NCBI GenBank assembly: GCA_015055535.1
Contig: SVIA01000001.1
Span: 15,805 to 79,804, forward strand
Direction of reading: 5' to 3'
Source of the DNA: Clostridiales bacterium
GTDB taxonomy: Bacteria > Bacillota > Clostridia > Christensenellales > UBA1242
DNA: 64,000 bases
In this document: piece after piece, positions 9,357 to 17,700 of the stretch
Numbering within the stretch: the first letter of the stretch is position 1
Layout: the number at the start of each line of letters is the position of its first letter
Made by a program: the position numbers and the translations under genes
Notes under the pieces: model-generated
Told to the model about the DNA's origin: nothing
Database searches by the model: none
The model's input: the letters and a program-made list of their open reading frames with translations, nothing else

Positions 9357-10727
9357 TTTATTTTTTTTGTTCGTTTTTGAAGTTTTACTACTTTTATTTT
9401 TTTGTTTTTTTAACTCAGATTTCTCTTTTTTAAGCAATTTTTTTTCTTCTTCTTTCTGCTTTTTTCTATCTTTTAAACTGTCTTTTACTATTTCTGAAAT
9501 ATCTTTTTTTCTTTCTTTTATCTCTTTTATTTTTTCTTTTGAATATTTACCATTTTTATAATTTTCTATAACTTTTAAATAATCTTCATATACTTTTTTA
9601 GTAGCCTGTTCCCAAGTTACATATAAATTATTGTAAGCTCCGTCTTTAATTTTTTCATATTCTTTTTTATCATTAAAAATTTCTATAATTCTACTTGCAA
9701 AGTCTTCCACGTTATATTCACAGAAAAATGCATCTACACCCTCTGTACAAGTTCCGCTTGTAACAGAGCCTCTAATAAATATTGTTGGGGTTTTTTGACT
9801 AGCTGCTTCAATTTGAACTAAACTACTACAATCGTAAACCGATGGAAATAAGAATAAATCTGCTAGTCTATAATGTTTTACAATTTCATTTCTATCTGCA
9901 ATTTTACCAGTTACAATAACTTGATCTGATAAATTATATTCTTCAATTTTTTCTTTTAATTCATTTAAATCTGGGCCATCACCCACATAAATCATTTTAT
10001 ATTTAAAATTTTTATCTTTTAATATTTTTAGTGCATCTAAAATAAAAAAAATATTTTTTAGTTTAACCATTCTACCAACAAAAAATAATATTTTTTCATC
10101 TTCTTTAACTTGATATTTTTTTCTTAATTTATCTATTTCTTCTTCGTTATCATAATAAACTAAATCTGTACCATTATTTTGAACTTTAGGTTTCTTTTTT
10201 AAACCATATTCTTGAGTATAAGCTCTACCCACTTGTTTATTAACAGCATAACATTCATTACATTTTTCATAAACAGAATTAACATTTTGTGCCATAATAT
10301 CTGTAATAAATTCAGATTTTGTTGCATCAAAAAAATCTATTTTATATCTACTATGAATTGTAGCAATAACTGGAATATTTTTCTTTTTAGCAAGTGCTAA
10401 ACCCACTCTTCCCATAGAAAATGGGGAATGAATATGAATAATATCAAAATCACTATTTTCCATTTCTTTTATAAACTTTCTATCAATTTTCGGAAGTGGT
10501 AAATCGTAATCTAAAAACGATAATTTTAATCTTTTACTACATCTAACAACTTTATATGGTAGTTTGTTATCGTCAAACGTTCCTCTTCCTTTTGGCGCAA
10601 AAACGGTAACATCTGCGTAGTTATTCATTATTTTTGCATGATTATTAACAACATTTACTACTCCATCTATCATAGGAAAAAAAGAGTCTATAAATATACC
10701 AACTTTTAATTTTTTATCTTCTTGCAT
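9354..10727 (-). CDS. GT4-family glycosyltransferase with a ~70-aa Lys-rich C-terminal tail (probable membrane glycolipid synthase)
   Basis: N-terminus KVGIFIDSFFPMIDGVVNVV, HIHSPFSMG, and a C-terminal Rossmann half with FLFPSVYDCSSLVQIEAASQKTPTIF (the E-x7-E region). This is the GT-B fold of GT4 as in diacylglycerol glucosyltransferases. The tail is KEKIKEIKERKKD...KKQKNKSSKTSKTNKKNK. Confidence 0.8.
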   Translation of the reverse strand: MQEDKKLKVGIFIDSFFPMIDGVVNVVNNHAKIMNNYADVTVFAPKGRGTFDDNKLPYKVVRCSKRLKLSFLDYDLPLPKIDRKFIKEMENSDFDIIHIHSPFSMGRVGLALAKKKNIPVIATIHSRYKIDFFDATKSEFITDIMAQNVNSVYEKCNECYAVNKQVGRAYTQEYGLKKKPKVQNNGTDLVYYDNEEEIDKLRKKYQVKEDEKILFFVGRMVKLKNIFFILDALKILKDKNFKYKMIYVGDGPDLNELKEKIEEYNLSDQVIVTGKIADRNEIVKHYRLADLFLFPSVYDCSSLVQIEAASQKTPTIFIRGSVTSGTCTEGVDAFFCEYNVEDFASRIIEIFNDKKEYEKIKDGAYNNLYVTWEQATKKVYEDYLKVIENYKNGKYSKEKIKEIKERKKDISEIVKDSLKDRKKQKEEEKKLLKKEKSELKKQKNKSSKTSKTNKKNK

Positions 10728-10803
10728 AACATCTCCTATTTTTATTATAAAGATATTGATAAATTAATGCAAATGATTTTTTTAAAAAAAAAGCATTTTA
10801 AAA

Positions 10804-10833
10804 TTGACAATATATTAATTATTTTCTTATAAT
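10804..10833 (+). promoter_or_regulatory. promoter placed for a leaderless transcript of the second GT4 gene
   Basis: TTGACA (10804-10809), 18 nt, TATAAT (10828-10833), then only 6 nt (TAGAAT) before the ATG at 10840. No SD sequence. Confidence 0.45.
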
Positions 10834-10839
10834 TAGAAT

Positions 10840-12060
10840 ATGAAAATACATAATGAACAACTTTTTGAGAATTTTTATAAACATGAAAAATTAAATGTTG
10901 CAATTTTAACTGATATTTATTTGCCTTTTGTTGGTGGTGCTGGAATGGTTGCTGATAAACTAGCAAAAGGATTATATGAAAGTAATAAAGTTAACGTTGT
11001 TGTAATTACTGGAAATGTTAAAGGATATGAAGATAAAGTTAATTATCCTGTTATAAGATGTAAAAGTATGGCAATACCTAAAGCTTGGGGAGATAGTTTA
11101 CCACTTCCAAATTTAGACCCTAAACTTAAAAAATTGTTAATAAATTTAAATATAGATGTTATACATATACATAGTATTTTTGGGCTTTGTAATTATGGCT
11201 TAAAATTTGCAAAAAAACATAATATTCCAGTTGTAATGCATTGTCATAGCAAATTTTCTGAAGAATTTCCAACAATAATTAAATTTAAACCACTTTGTAA
11301 TGCCGTTATTAAAAGAAATTATAAAGTTATAGATAAAGGAAATTTAATAATTGCAGTTAGTAATAATACTAAAGAAAATTTATTAGCTCACAATATTAAA
11401 TCAAATATTGAAGTTATTCCCAATGCAACAGATTTAACAGAATGTTTAGAAAAAGAAAAAGCCTTTGAATATATTAAAGAAAAACATAATATTGAAACAA
11501 CAGAAAAAAATATTTTAATGTGTGCTTGCAGAATTAGCATTGAATGTAAAAATTTAGACTTTTTGTTAAGAAGTTTAAAAATTGTAAAAGAAAAAAATGT
11601 CAACTTTAAATTTTTAATGTTAGGTAGTGGAAGTGATGATAAAAAATTTAAAGAATTAGTAAATGATTTTAATTTAACTGAAAATGTTATTATGACAGGT
11701 TCAATTACTAATAGAGAAATTTTAAAATATTATTATTTAAGAAGCGATTTATTCCTTTTCCCTTCAACCGTTGATAATTGTCCGCTTGTAAAATCTGAAG
11801 CAGCAAGTCAAAAAACTCCAACAATTGCAATAAAACACACCGGAAGTAGTGAAGGAATTATTGATGAATTTAACGGCTATATATCTGATTTAAATGAAGA
11901 AGATTACGCAAATAAAATTATAAATGCTTTATCAGATTATGAAAAATTAAAAAACACTTCAATAAATGCACAAAAAACCTTAGCAACAACTTGGGACATT
12001 GTAGCAGAAAAATGTATAGAACTATATAAAGATGTTATAAAAAACAATAAAAGTGCTTAA
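10840..12060 (+). CDS. GT4-family glycosyltransferase (second, divergently transcribed paralog)
   Basis: NVAILTDIYLPFVGGAGMV, HIHSIFGL, and LFLFPSTVDNCPLVKSEAASQKTPTIA parallel the motifs of the neighbouring GT4 gene. Confidence 0.8.
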   Translation: MKIHNEQLFENFYKHEKLNVAILTDIYLPFVGGAGMVADKLAKGLYESNKVNVVVITGNVKGYEDKVNYPVIRCKSMAIPKAWGDSLPLPNLDPKLKKLLINLNIDVIHIHSIFGLCNYGLKFAKKHNIPVVMHCHSKFSEEFPTIIKFKPLCNAVIKRNYKVIDKGNLIIAVSNNTKENLLAHNIKSNIEVIPNATDLTECLEKEKAFEYIKEKHNIETTEKNILMCACRISIECKNLDFLLRSLKIVKEKNVNFKFLMLGSGSDDKKFKELVNDFNLTENVIMTGSITNREILKYYYLRSDLFLFPSTVDNCPLVKSEAASQKTPTIAIKHTGSSEGIIDEFNGYISDLNEEDYANKIINALSDYEKLKNTSINAQKTLATTWDIVAEKCIELYKDVIKNNKSA

Positions 12061-12072
12061 AGCACTTTTTTA
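12050..12072 (+). terminator. rho-independent terminator of the plus-strand GT4 gene
   Basis: Stem AAGTGCT/AGCACTT with the TAA stop as loop, followed by TTTTTTATTTTTT. Confidence 0.55.
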
Positions 12073-12116
12073 TTTTTTAATATAATTAATTGTAAATTGA
12101 ATTAGTGTCTAAGGCA

Positions 12117-12143
12117 CAAAAAAAAGGTGTTTAACACACCTTA
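12117..12143 (-). terminator. rho-independent terminator of the HicB-like gene
   Basis: Stem AAGGTGT/ACACCTT (12124-12130 / 12136-12142), followed on the minus strand by T7. Confidence 0.55.
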
Positions 12144-12449
12144 ATCATCAAAAATATCATCAACAAATATTCCTTCTTCTTTTTCTTCATCAACTTCACT
12201 ATCTATAAGCAAAACAATTTCAGACTCATGTTTATTTTTAACTACTATATAACTAGTTGCATTTTCAACATCGGAATTAACATGAAGCGAACACTTTAAA
12301 TATGCAAACAAAAATTCTTTCGCACTTTTAAAAGCATCTTCTACAGTGTCTCCTTCTGTAAAAATGTCTAAATCATGAAATGCTAAAGCATAATTATTAT
12401 TATCTTCATCAAAATATAAAATCGCTGGATATACAAATTGTTGTTTCAT
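12141..12449 (-). CDS. HicB-like (UPF0150-type) antitoxin-fold protein with acidic C-terminal tail; no DNA-binding domain, no adjacent HicA
   Basis: YPAILYFDEDNNNYALAFHDLDIFTEGDTVEDAFKSAKEFLFAYL matches the HicB N-terminal pattern (YPA.. ..DG.Y.v.fPDlpg..T.GdT.eEA...A.EAL). The tail is DSEVDEEKEEGIFVDDIFDD. AGGAG SD upstream. Confidence 0.55.
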   Translation of the reverse strand: MKQQFVYPAILYFDEDNNNYALAFHDLDIFTEGDTVEDAFKSAKEFLFAYLKCSLHVNSDVENATSYIVVKNKHESEIVLLIDSEVDEEKEEGIFVDDIFDD

Positions 12450-12520
12450 ATTCGCTCCTAATTAAAATAATTTTATCACATTTTTACCCTATTGTAAAAT
12501 TATTTTTAAATTTATTTTAA

Positions 12521-12991
12521 TTAGTGAACATTTTCTTGAACTTTATTGAATTGTTGTAAAACATATTCAATAGCAGCTTCAAACTCTTCTTTATTTACAA
12601 CTTCTTCATGAACAAGATTTAGCATATTTTTTCTATAATTTTTAACAATTTCTTTTTGGCTTTTTGCGTCTTCATTAATGTAATAAACATTAATAAAATC
12701 TTTTATTCTTTTTGTAAAAGATAATTTTTCATTGTTTGCATCTAAATATGCTTTATATTGTTCATCAAAAATTTTCTTTTCAAAAGCATTTATTCTATTT
12801 AAAGCAATTTTATCACTAACAACTTTTGTGCTTGTAATATAAACTGGTTTAATATTTTCATTCTTGTTAGTTTCTTCTTTATTTGAAGTATAACATAAAT
12901 ATGTTAAATCATTTACTATATGTTTATAATCAAATTTTCCTATTAAAGAAATATACATTAATTCTTCTAATTTATTTTTTTCTATTGCCAT
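12521..12991 (-). CDS. hypothetical protein (156 aa)
   Basis: ORF with an AGAGG SD. No recognisable motif, no signal peptide. Confidence 0.5.
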   Translation of the reverse strand: MAIEKNKLEELMYISLIGKFDYKHIVNDLTYLCYTSNKEETNKNENIKPVYITSTKVVSDKIALNRINAFEKKIFDEQYKAYLDANNEKLSFTKRIKDFINVYYINEDAKSQKEIVKNYRKNMLNLVHEEVVNKEEFEAAIEYVLQQFNKVQENVH

Positions 12992-13020
12992 AATTTACCT
13001 CTTTGTAATTTAGTTACAAT

Positions 13021-13049
13021 ATAATATCACATAAATTCAAGTTTGTAAA
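13021..13049 (-). promoter_or_regulatory. candidate promoter for the 12521-12991 gene
   Basis: Minus strand TTTACA (13044-13049), 17 nt, TATTAT (13021-13026) with a TGn extension. Confidence 0.4.
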
Positions 13050-13145
13050 TACCTATTTTTAAAAAATATTATTTTTTTTATTTTCATAAAAATATAAGTA
13101 ATTATAATTAAATTAATTATTATATATATTTTAAATTTTTTATTA

Positions 13146-13178
13146 TAAAAAAACAAAAGGCACATTAGTACCTTTTGT
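13146..13178 (-). terminator. rho-independent terminator of the TasA/LRR gene
   Basis: Stem ACAAAAGG/CCTTTTGT (13153-13160 / 13171-13178), followed on the minus strand by T7. Confidence 0.6.
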
Positions 13179-13215
13179 AAACAATTTTTATTTTTTATTA
13201 TATTTATAACAAAAT

Positions 13216-14370
13216 TTATTCTTCAACATAGTTATATGTTACAGTATAGCCTTCAGCAAAAACTCCAGGGCTTGTTATAGTAATTTTATCCCATTCTTCT
13301 TCACTACCTCTATAATAAACATGAGATACGCTCCCAAAATTTGCTCCAGCAATCACCTTCATACTTTTAGGAATAACAATTGTAGTCAAATTTGGATTAC
13401 CATTAAAACAAATAGATGAAATTGTTTCTATGCCTTCATTTAAAATAACATTGGTTAAACCACTTACATCCCTAAAAGCATAGACTTCTACTTCTTTAAC
13501 ACTACCTGGTATGTTTACACTTGTCAAATTTTCACATCCGTAAAAAGCACTATTTAAATCTTTAACACTACAAGGGATAATTACACTTGTGATATTAATA
13601 TTATTAAAAAAAGAATTATCTCCTAAATATGTTACTGGAACGCCATTAATTGAATATGGAATAACAACATCACCTGTTGCATTAGCTCCTCCGCCAGCAA
13701 CATTAAACGTACCCGCTGTTACACCATAGCCACCATTTGTTATGCTGTAGGTATATTCTATATTATTTACTGTAATAGTAGAAGCATCAGCCGGGTTTAG
13801 TAATTCGTCTAATTTACTGCGTGCATCTTCCATTTCTAAATTTGCTTGTTGTATTGCAAGAACTGTTACATTTACCGCAACTTCTCTACCCATTAAATCG
13901 TTTTCAAAATCTTTTGTTACATCTCCACCAACAACATGTTCAAAACTAACGGTACTATTTTTAGCTATTGTACCCGCTGTAATGGTATCAGTTTCTGTGT
14001 CTAGTTTTGTAATTCCATTTTGTAAATCAAAGAAATATACTCCTTCTATTGCTTCTAGCGATGGCACTTCTCCAGTTGAAAACAAATTTACTTTTACCAA
14101 ATAATATACAGCTTCTCCCAAATTTTTTAGTGAATAACTTATTTTAAATTCATCCCCTGGCATAAATTCAGAAGTTGTACCTGATACACTTTCTGTAACA
14201 ACTAAGTTTGTTGTTTCTAATTTTACATTAATTGTTCCAAATTTAATGGTATCACTTGAATTATCACTATCGGTAAACCATGCTAATGTTATGTTAAAAG
14301 TAGTTAGTGCTATTACTAAAATTAAAAGTGAAATTATAAGTGAGTTTATTTTCTTTTTTCCTTTTTCCAT
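13216..14370 (-). CDS. secreted protein: SipW-type (TasA/camelysin-like) signal peptide and N-domain fused to BspA-type leucine-rich repeats
   Basis: MEKGKKKINSLIISLLILVIALTTFNITLAWFTDSDNSSDTIKFGTINVKL...MPGDEFKISYSLKNLG fits the TasA/camelysin N-terminal pattern (K-rich, TM, A-x-F-(T/S)-D, then G-T-(I/L)-x-(V/L), PGD). The C-terminal half has ~23-aa repeats (ITSVIIPCSVKDLNSAFYGCENLTSVNIPGSVKEVEVYAFRDVSGLTNVILNEGIETISSICFNGNPNLTTIVIPKSMKVI) typical of BspA-like LRRs. Confidence 0.7.
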   Translation of the reverse strand: MEKGKKKINSLIISLLILVIALTTFNITLAWFTDSDNSSDTIKFGTINVKLETTNLVVTESVSGTTSEFMPGDEFKISYSLKNLGEAVYYLVKVNLFSTGEVPSLEAIEGVYFFDLQNGITKLDTETDTITAGTIAKNSTVSFEHVVGGDVTKDFENDLMGREVAVNVTVLAIQQANLEMEDARSKLDELLNPADASTITVNNIEYTYSITNGGYGVTAGTFNVAGGGANATGDVVIPYSINGVPVTYLGDNSFFNNINITSVIIPCSVKDLNSAFYGCENLTSVNIPGSVKEVEVYAFRDVSGLTNVILNEGIETISSICFNGNPNLTTIVIPKSMKVIAGANFGSVSHVYYRGSEEEWDKITITSPGVFAEGYTVTYNYVEE

Positions 14371-14386
14371 AAAACCTCTCTTCGTT

Positions 14387-14455
14387 TAGGTCTTTTGACC
14401 TATAATTATTATCATTATATTAGGTTAAAAGACCTAAGTCAAGTCTTTTGACCTA
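14387..14455. promoter_or_regulatory. three copies of a 16-bp operator-like palindrome TAGGTC-N4-GACCTA
   Basis: Copy 1 is TAGGTCTTTTGACCTA (14387-14402). Copy 2 is TAGGTTAAAAGACCTA (14421-14436), the reverse complement with 1 mismatch. Copy 3 is CAAGTCTTTTGACCTA (14440-14455). All lie in the 106-bp divergent region between the LRR gene and the XRE gene. Confidence 0.55.
14414..14442 (-). promoter_or_regulatory. promoter of the TasA/LRR gene
   Basis: Minus strand TTGACT (14437-14442), 17 nt, TATAAT (14414-14419). The spacer is almost exactly operator copy 2. Confidence 0.55.
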
Positions 14456-14476
14456 ATTTTTGGTAATAATTAATGT

Positions 14477-14677
14477 ATGAGTTATATAGATGTTTTAAAA
14501 GATATTATGCAAGAAAATAATTTAAGCCAAGAAAAAATGGCAAAAATACTTGGAGTTAATCAAACTACAATTAGCCAATGGTTACTTGGAAATAAAAAAC
14601 CAAATTTCGATAGTATTTATACAATTTATAAAAAGTTTAACATAACCCCTAACGAACTTTTTGGTATTGATAATTAA
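14477..14677 (+). CDS. XRE-family helix-turn-helix transcriptional regulator (66 aa)
   Basis: NNLSQEKMAKILGVNQTTISQWLLGNKKP is the classic Cro/C1-type HTH. There is no SD. An extended -10 (TGGTAATAA, 14461-14469) lies 7 nt from the ATG, compatible with a leaderless mRNA. Confidence 0.8.
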   Translation: MSYIDVLKDIMQENNLSQEKMAKILGVNQTTISQWLLGNKKPNFDSIYTIYKKFNITPNELFGIDN

Positions 14678-14713
14678 GTTTAAATAGATTATTTGAAATA
14701 TATTAATAAAAAT

Positions 14714-14748
14714 AAAAAAGACAAGCAAATACTTATGCTTGTCTTTTT
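14714..14748. terminator. bidirectional terminator between the XRE gene and rpoC
   Basis: 9-bp stem AAGACAAGC/GCTTGTCTT (14718-14726 / 14737-14745), flanked by A-run and T-run. Confidence 0.65.
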
Positions 14749-14762
14749 ATATAAAATTTTAT

Positions 14763-17700
14763 TTAATCTAAATTAGTAACATCTGAATCAGTATTAACTA
14801 TTTCTTTATTATTAAATTTAGGATAAACATTAACGTGATTAAAGTTACCTGTACCAGCTGGTATTAATTTACCAATGATAACATTTTCTTTTAAACCTTC
14901 TAGTTTATCTACTTTTCCTTTAATAGCAGCTTCAGTTAATACCATAGGAGTTTCTTGGAATGATGCAGCTGATAAGAAGCTTTCACTATTTAATGCTGCT
15001 TTTGTAATACCAAGAAGTGTTCTTTTAGAACTTGCTGGAACTTTGCCTTCTCTTAATACTTTATCGTTAGCTTCTTCAAAAGCAAAAATATCAACGTAAG
15101 AACTTGGTAAAAATTCTGTGTCACCTTGATCTTCAATCATAACTTTTTTAAGCATTTGACGAATGATAACTTCTAGGTGTTTTGTATTAATATTAACGCT
15201 ATTTTTAGAATAAGCATATAGAATTTGATTAATTAAATATTCTTGTACAGCTTTTACACCTTGTGTTCTTAAAATATCATTAGGATAAATTGAACCAGCA
15301 GAAAGTGGAGTTCCTGGAACAACAGTGTCACCAGTTTTAACTTTTAATACGCTACCATATGGAAGCAAGTATGATACATCACCTTCGCTTGAATGAACAA
15401 CAACTTCATCTAGTTTATCAACTTTGTTAACAGTTACTTTACCAGCTACTTCACAAAGCATTGCCATACCTTTTGGTCTTTTTGCTTCAAATAATTCTTC
15501 AACACGAGGAAGACCTGTAGTAATATCGACAGCAGTTGCAACACCACCTGTATGGAAGTTTTTCATTGTTAATTGGGTACCTGGTTCACCAACTGATTGA
15601 GCAGCTATAATACCTACAGCTTCACCAATACCAATCATTTTGTCACTACTCATATCTTTACCATAACATTTTGCACAAACGCCATTTTTACATCTACAAG
15701 TAAGAACAGTTCTAATTGCTACTGATTTAATTCCACAAGCTTCAATTAAATCTGCTTGTTTTTCAGTAATCATTTCGTTAGATTTAACAATTACTTCTTT
15801 TGTATTAGGATTAATAACATCATCAACTGCTACACGACCAACAATTCTTTGTTTTAGTGTACAAACTAAAGTATCATCTACAGTAATACTAGATACTACT
15901 GCGCCTTTAATTTTTTCATTGTTACTTGCAAAACAATCTTCTTCATTTACAATAACAGATTGAGAAACGTCAACAAGTTTTCTTGTTAAATAACCAGCAT
16001 CGGCAGTTTTTAACGCTGTATCGGCAAGACCTTTTCTACCACCACGAGAACTCATGAAGTATTCGAATGGTTTTAATCCTAGTCGATAGTTAGATTTTAC
16101 TGGGATTTCAATTTTAGCACCACCAACTGCTGCAAGGATTCCACGCATACCACAAACTTGTTTTAATTGGTCTGGGTTCATACGCGCTTTACTTGTTGCA
16201 ATAATGTTAAGTGGGTTAAATTCGCCAAGATTTTTTCTAACAGCTAAAGAAATATCTCCTGTAGCTTTTTCCCATAAAGAAATATTTTTGTTAATTTTTT
16301 CATTTAATGTAATTAAACCACGATTATATAATTTTTCGTTTTGTTCAACTAATTTTTCAGTTTCAGCTATAATTGTTTGACGAGCTTCAGGAATACTCAT
16401 ATCAAATAGATTCATAGTGATACCACTAAGTGTAGAATATTTATATCCTAGTGCTTTAATTTCATCTAAGAATTTTGCTGTTGGAGTTGTTCCGTGAATA
16501 TTGTAAACTTTCGCAACAATATCTCCAAGTTCATCTTTACCAACAATCTTATTAATTTCGTATTCTAAGAATGTTTCTTCGTTTTCTCTATCTACATATC
16601 CTAAATCTTGAGGAACTACATTATTAATGATAATTTTACCAACTGTAGTTTTAACTAGTTTTTGATATGTTTTACCATTTAGTTCACCTTTTCTTCTAAC
16701 TAAAATTGGAGCTTGTAAGTTAATATCTCTTAAAAGATATGCATTTAATGCTTCATCTTCATCTACAAATACTCTGTTAGCACCTTTAGCGTTAGGATTT
16801 ACCATTGTTAAGAAATATGTTCCTAAAACAATATCTTGTTGAGGAGTAACAATTGGTTTACCATCACTTGGTTTAACAATGTTGTTAGATGCTAGCATTA
16901 AAAATCTTGCTTCAGCACATGCTTCTGCTCCTAGTGGAACGTGAACAGCCATTTGGTCACCATCGAAGTCGGCGTTAAAGCCGGCACAAACTAATGGGTG
17001 AAGTTTAATAGCATTACCTTCACAAAGTACTGGCTCAAATGCTTGAATAGATAATTTATGAAGTGTTGGAGCACGGTTTAATAAAACTGGATGATCTTTA
17101 ATAACTTCATCTAAAACGTCCCAAACAATAGGTTTTTCTCTTTCAACCATTCTTTTAGCACTTTTAATATTGTATGTTTGATTCATTTCAACAAGTCTTT
17201 TCATAATAAATGGTTTAAATAATTCTAAAGCCATTTGTTTTGGAAGACCACATTGATAAATTTTTAATTCTGGTCCGATAATAATAACGGCACGACCTGA
17301 ATAGTCAACACGTTTACCAAGTAGATTTAAACGGAAACGACCTTGTTTACCTTTTAATGAACTTGTAATAGATTTAAGTTCACGGTTTTTACTACCACCA
17401 ACTACTGGTTTACCTCTTTTACCATTATCGAATAATGCATCTACAGATTCTTGTAACATTCTTTTTTCGTTACGAACAATTACATCTGGTGCACCTATTT
17501 CTAATAATTTTTTAAGTCTTGCATTTCTTTGAATTACTCTACGATATAAATCATTTAAATCGTTAGTAGCAAATCTACCACCATCTAGTTGAACCATAGG
17601 TCTTAAATCAGGTGGTATTACTGGAATACAATCTAAGATCATCCATTCTGGACGATTTCCAGATTGTAAAAAGCTTTCCATAATTTCATATCTTTTAATA

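Noticed and set aside
10745-10966. 73-aa minus-strand ORF spanning the divergent GT4 promoter region.
   Set aside because: It overlaps the start of the well-supported plus-strand GT4 gene and the promoter. There is no SD and the sequence is low complexity.
12141-12200. Similar acidic C-terminal tips of the HicB-like protein (...VDDIFDD) and RpoB (...LFDDFDD) as a shared interaction motif.
   Set aside because: The match is short and low complexity, of the kind expected by chance in acidic tails. I have no further support.
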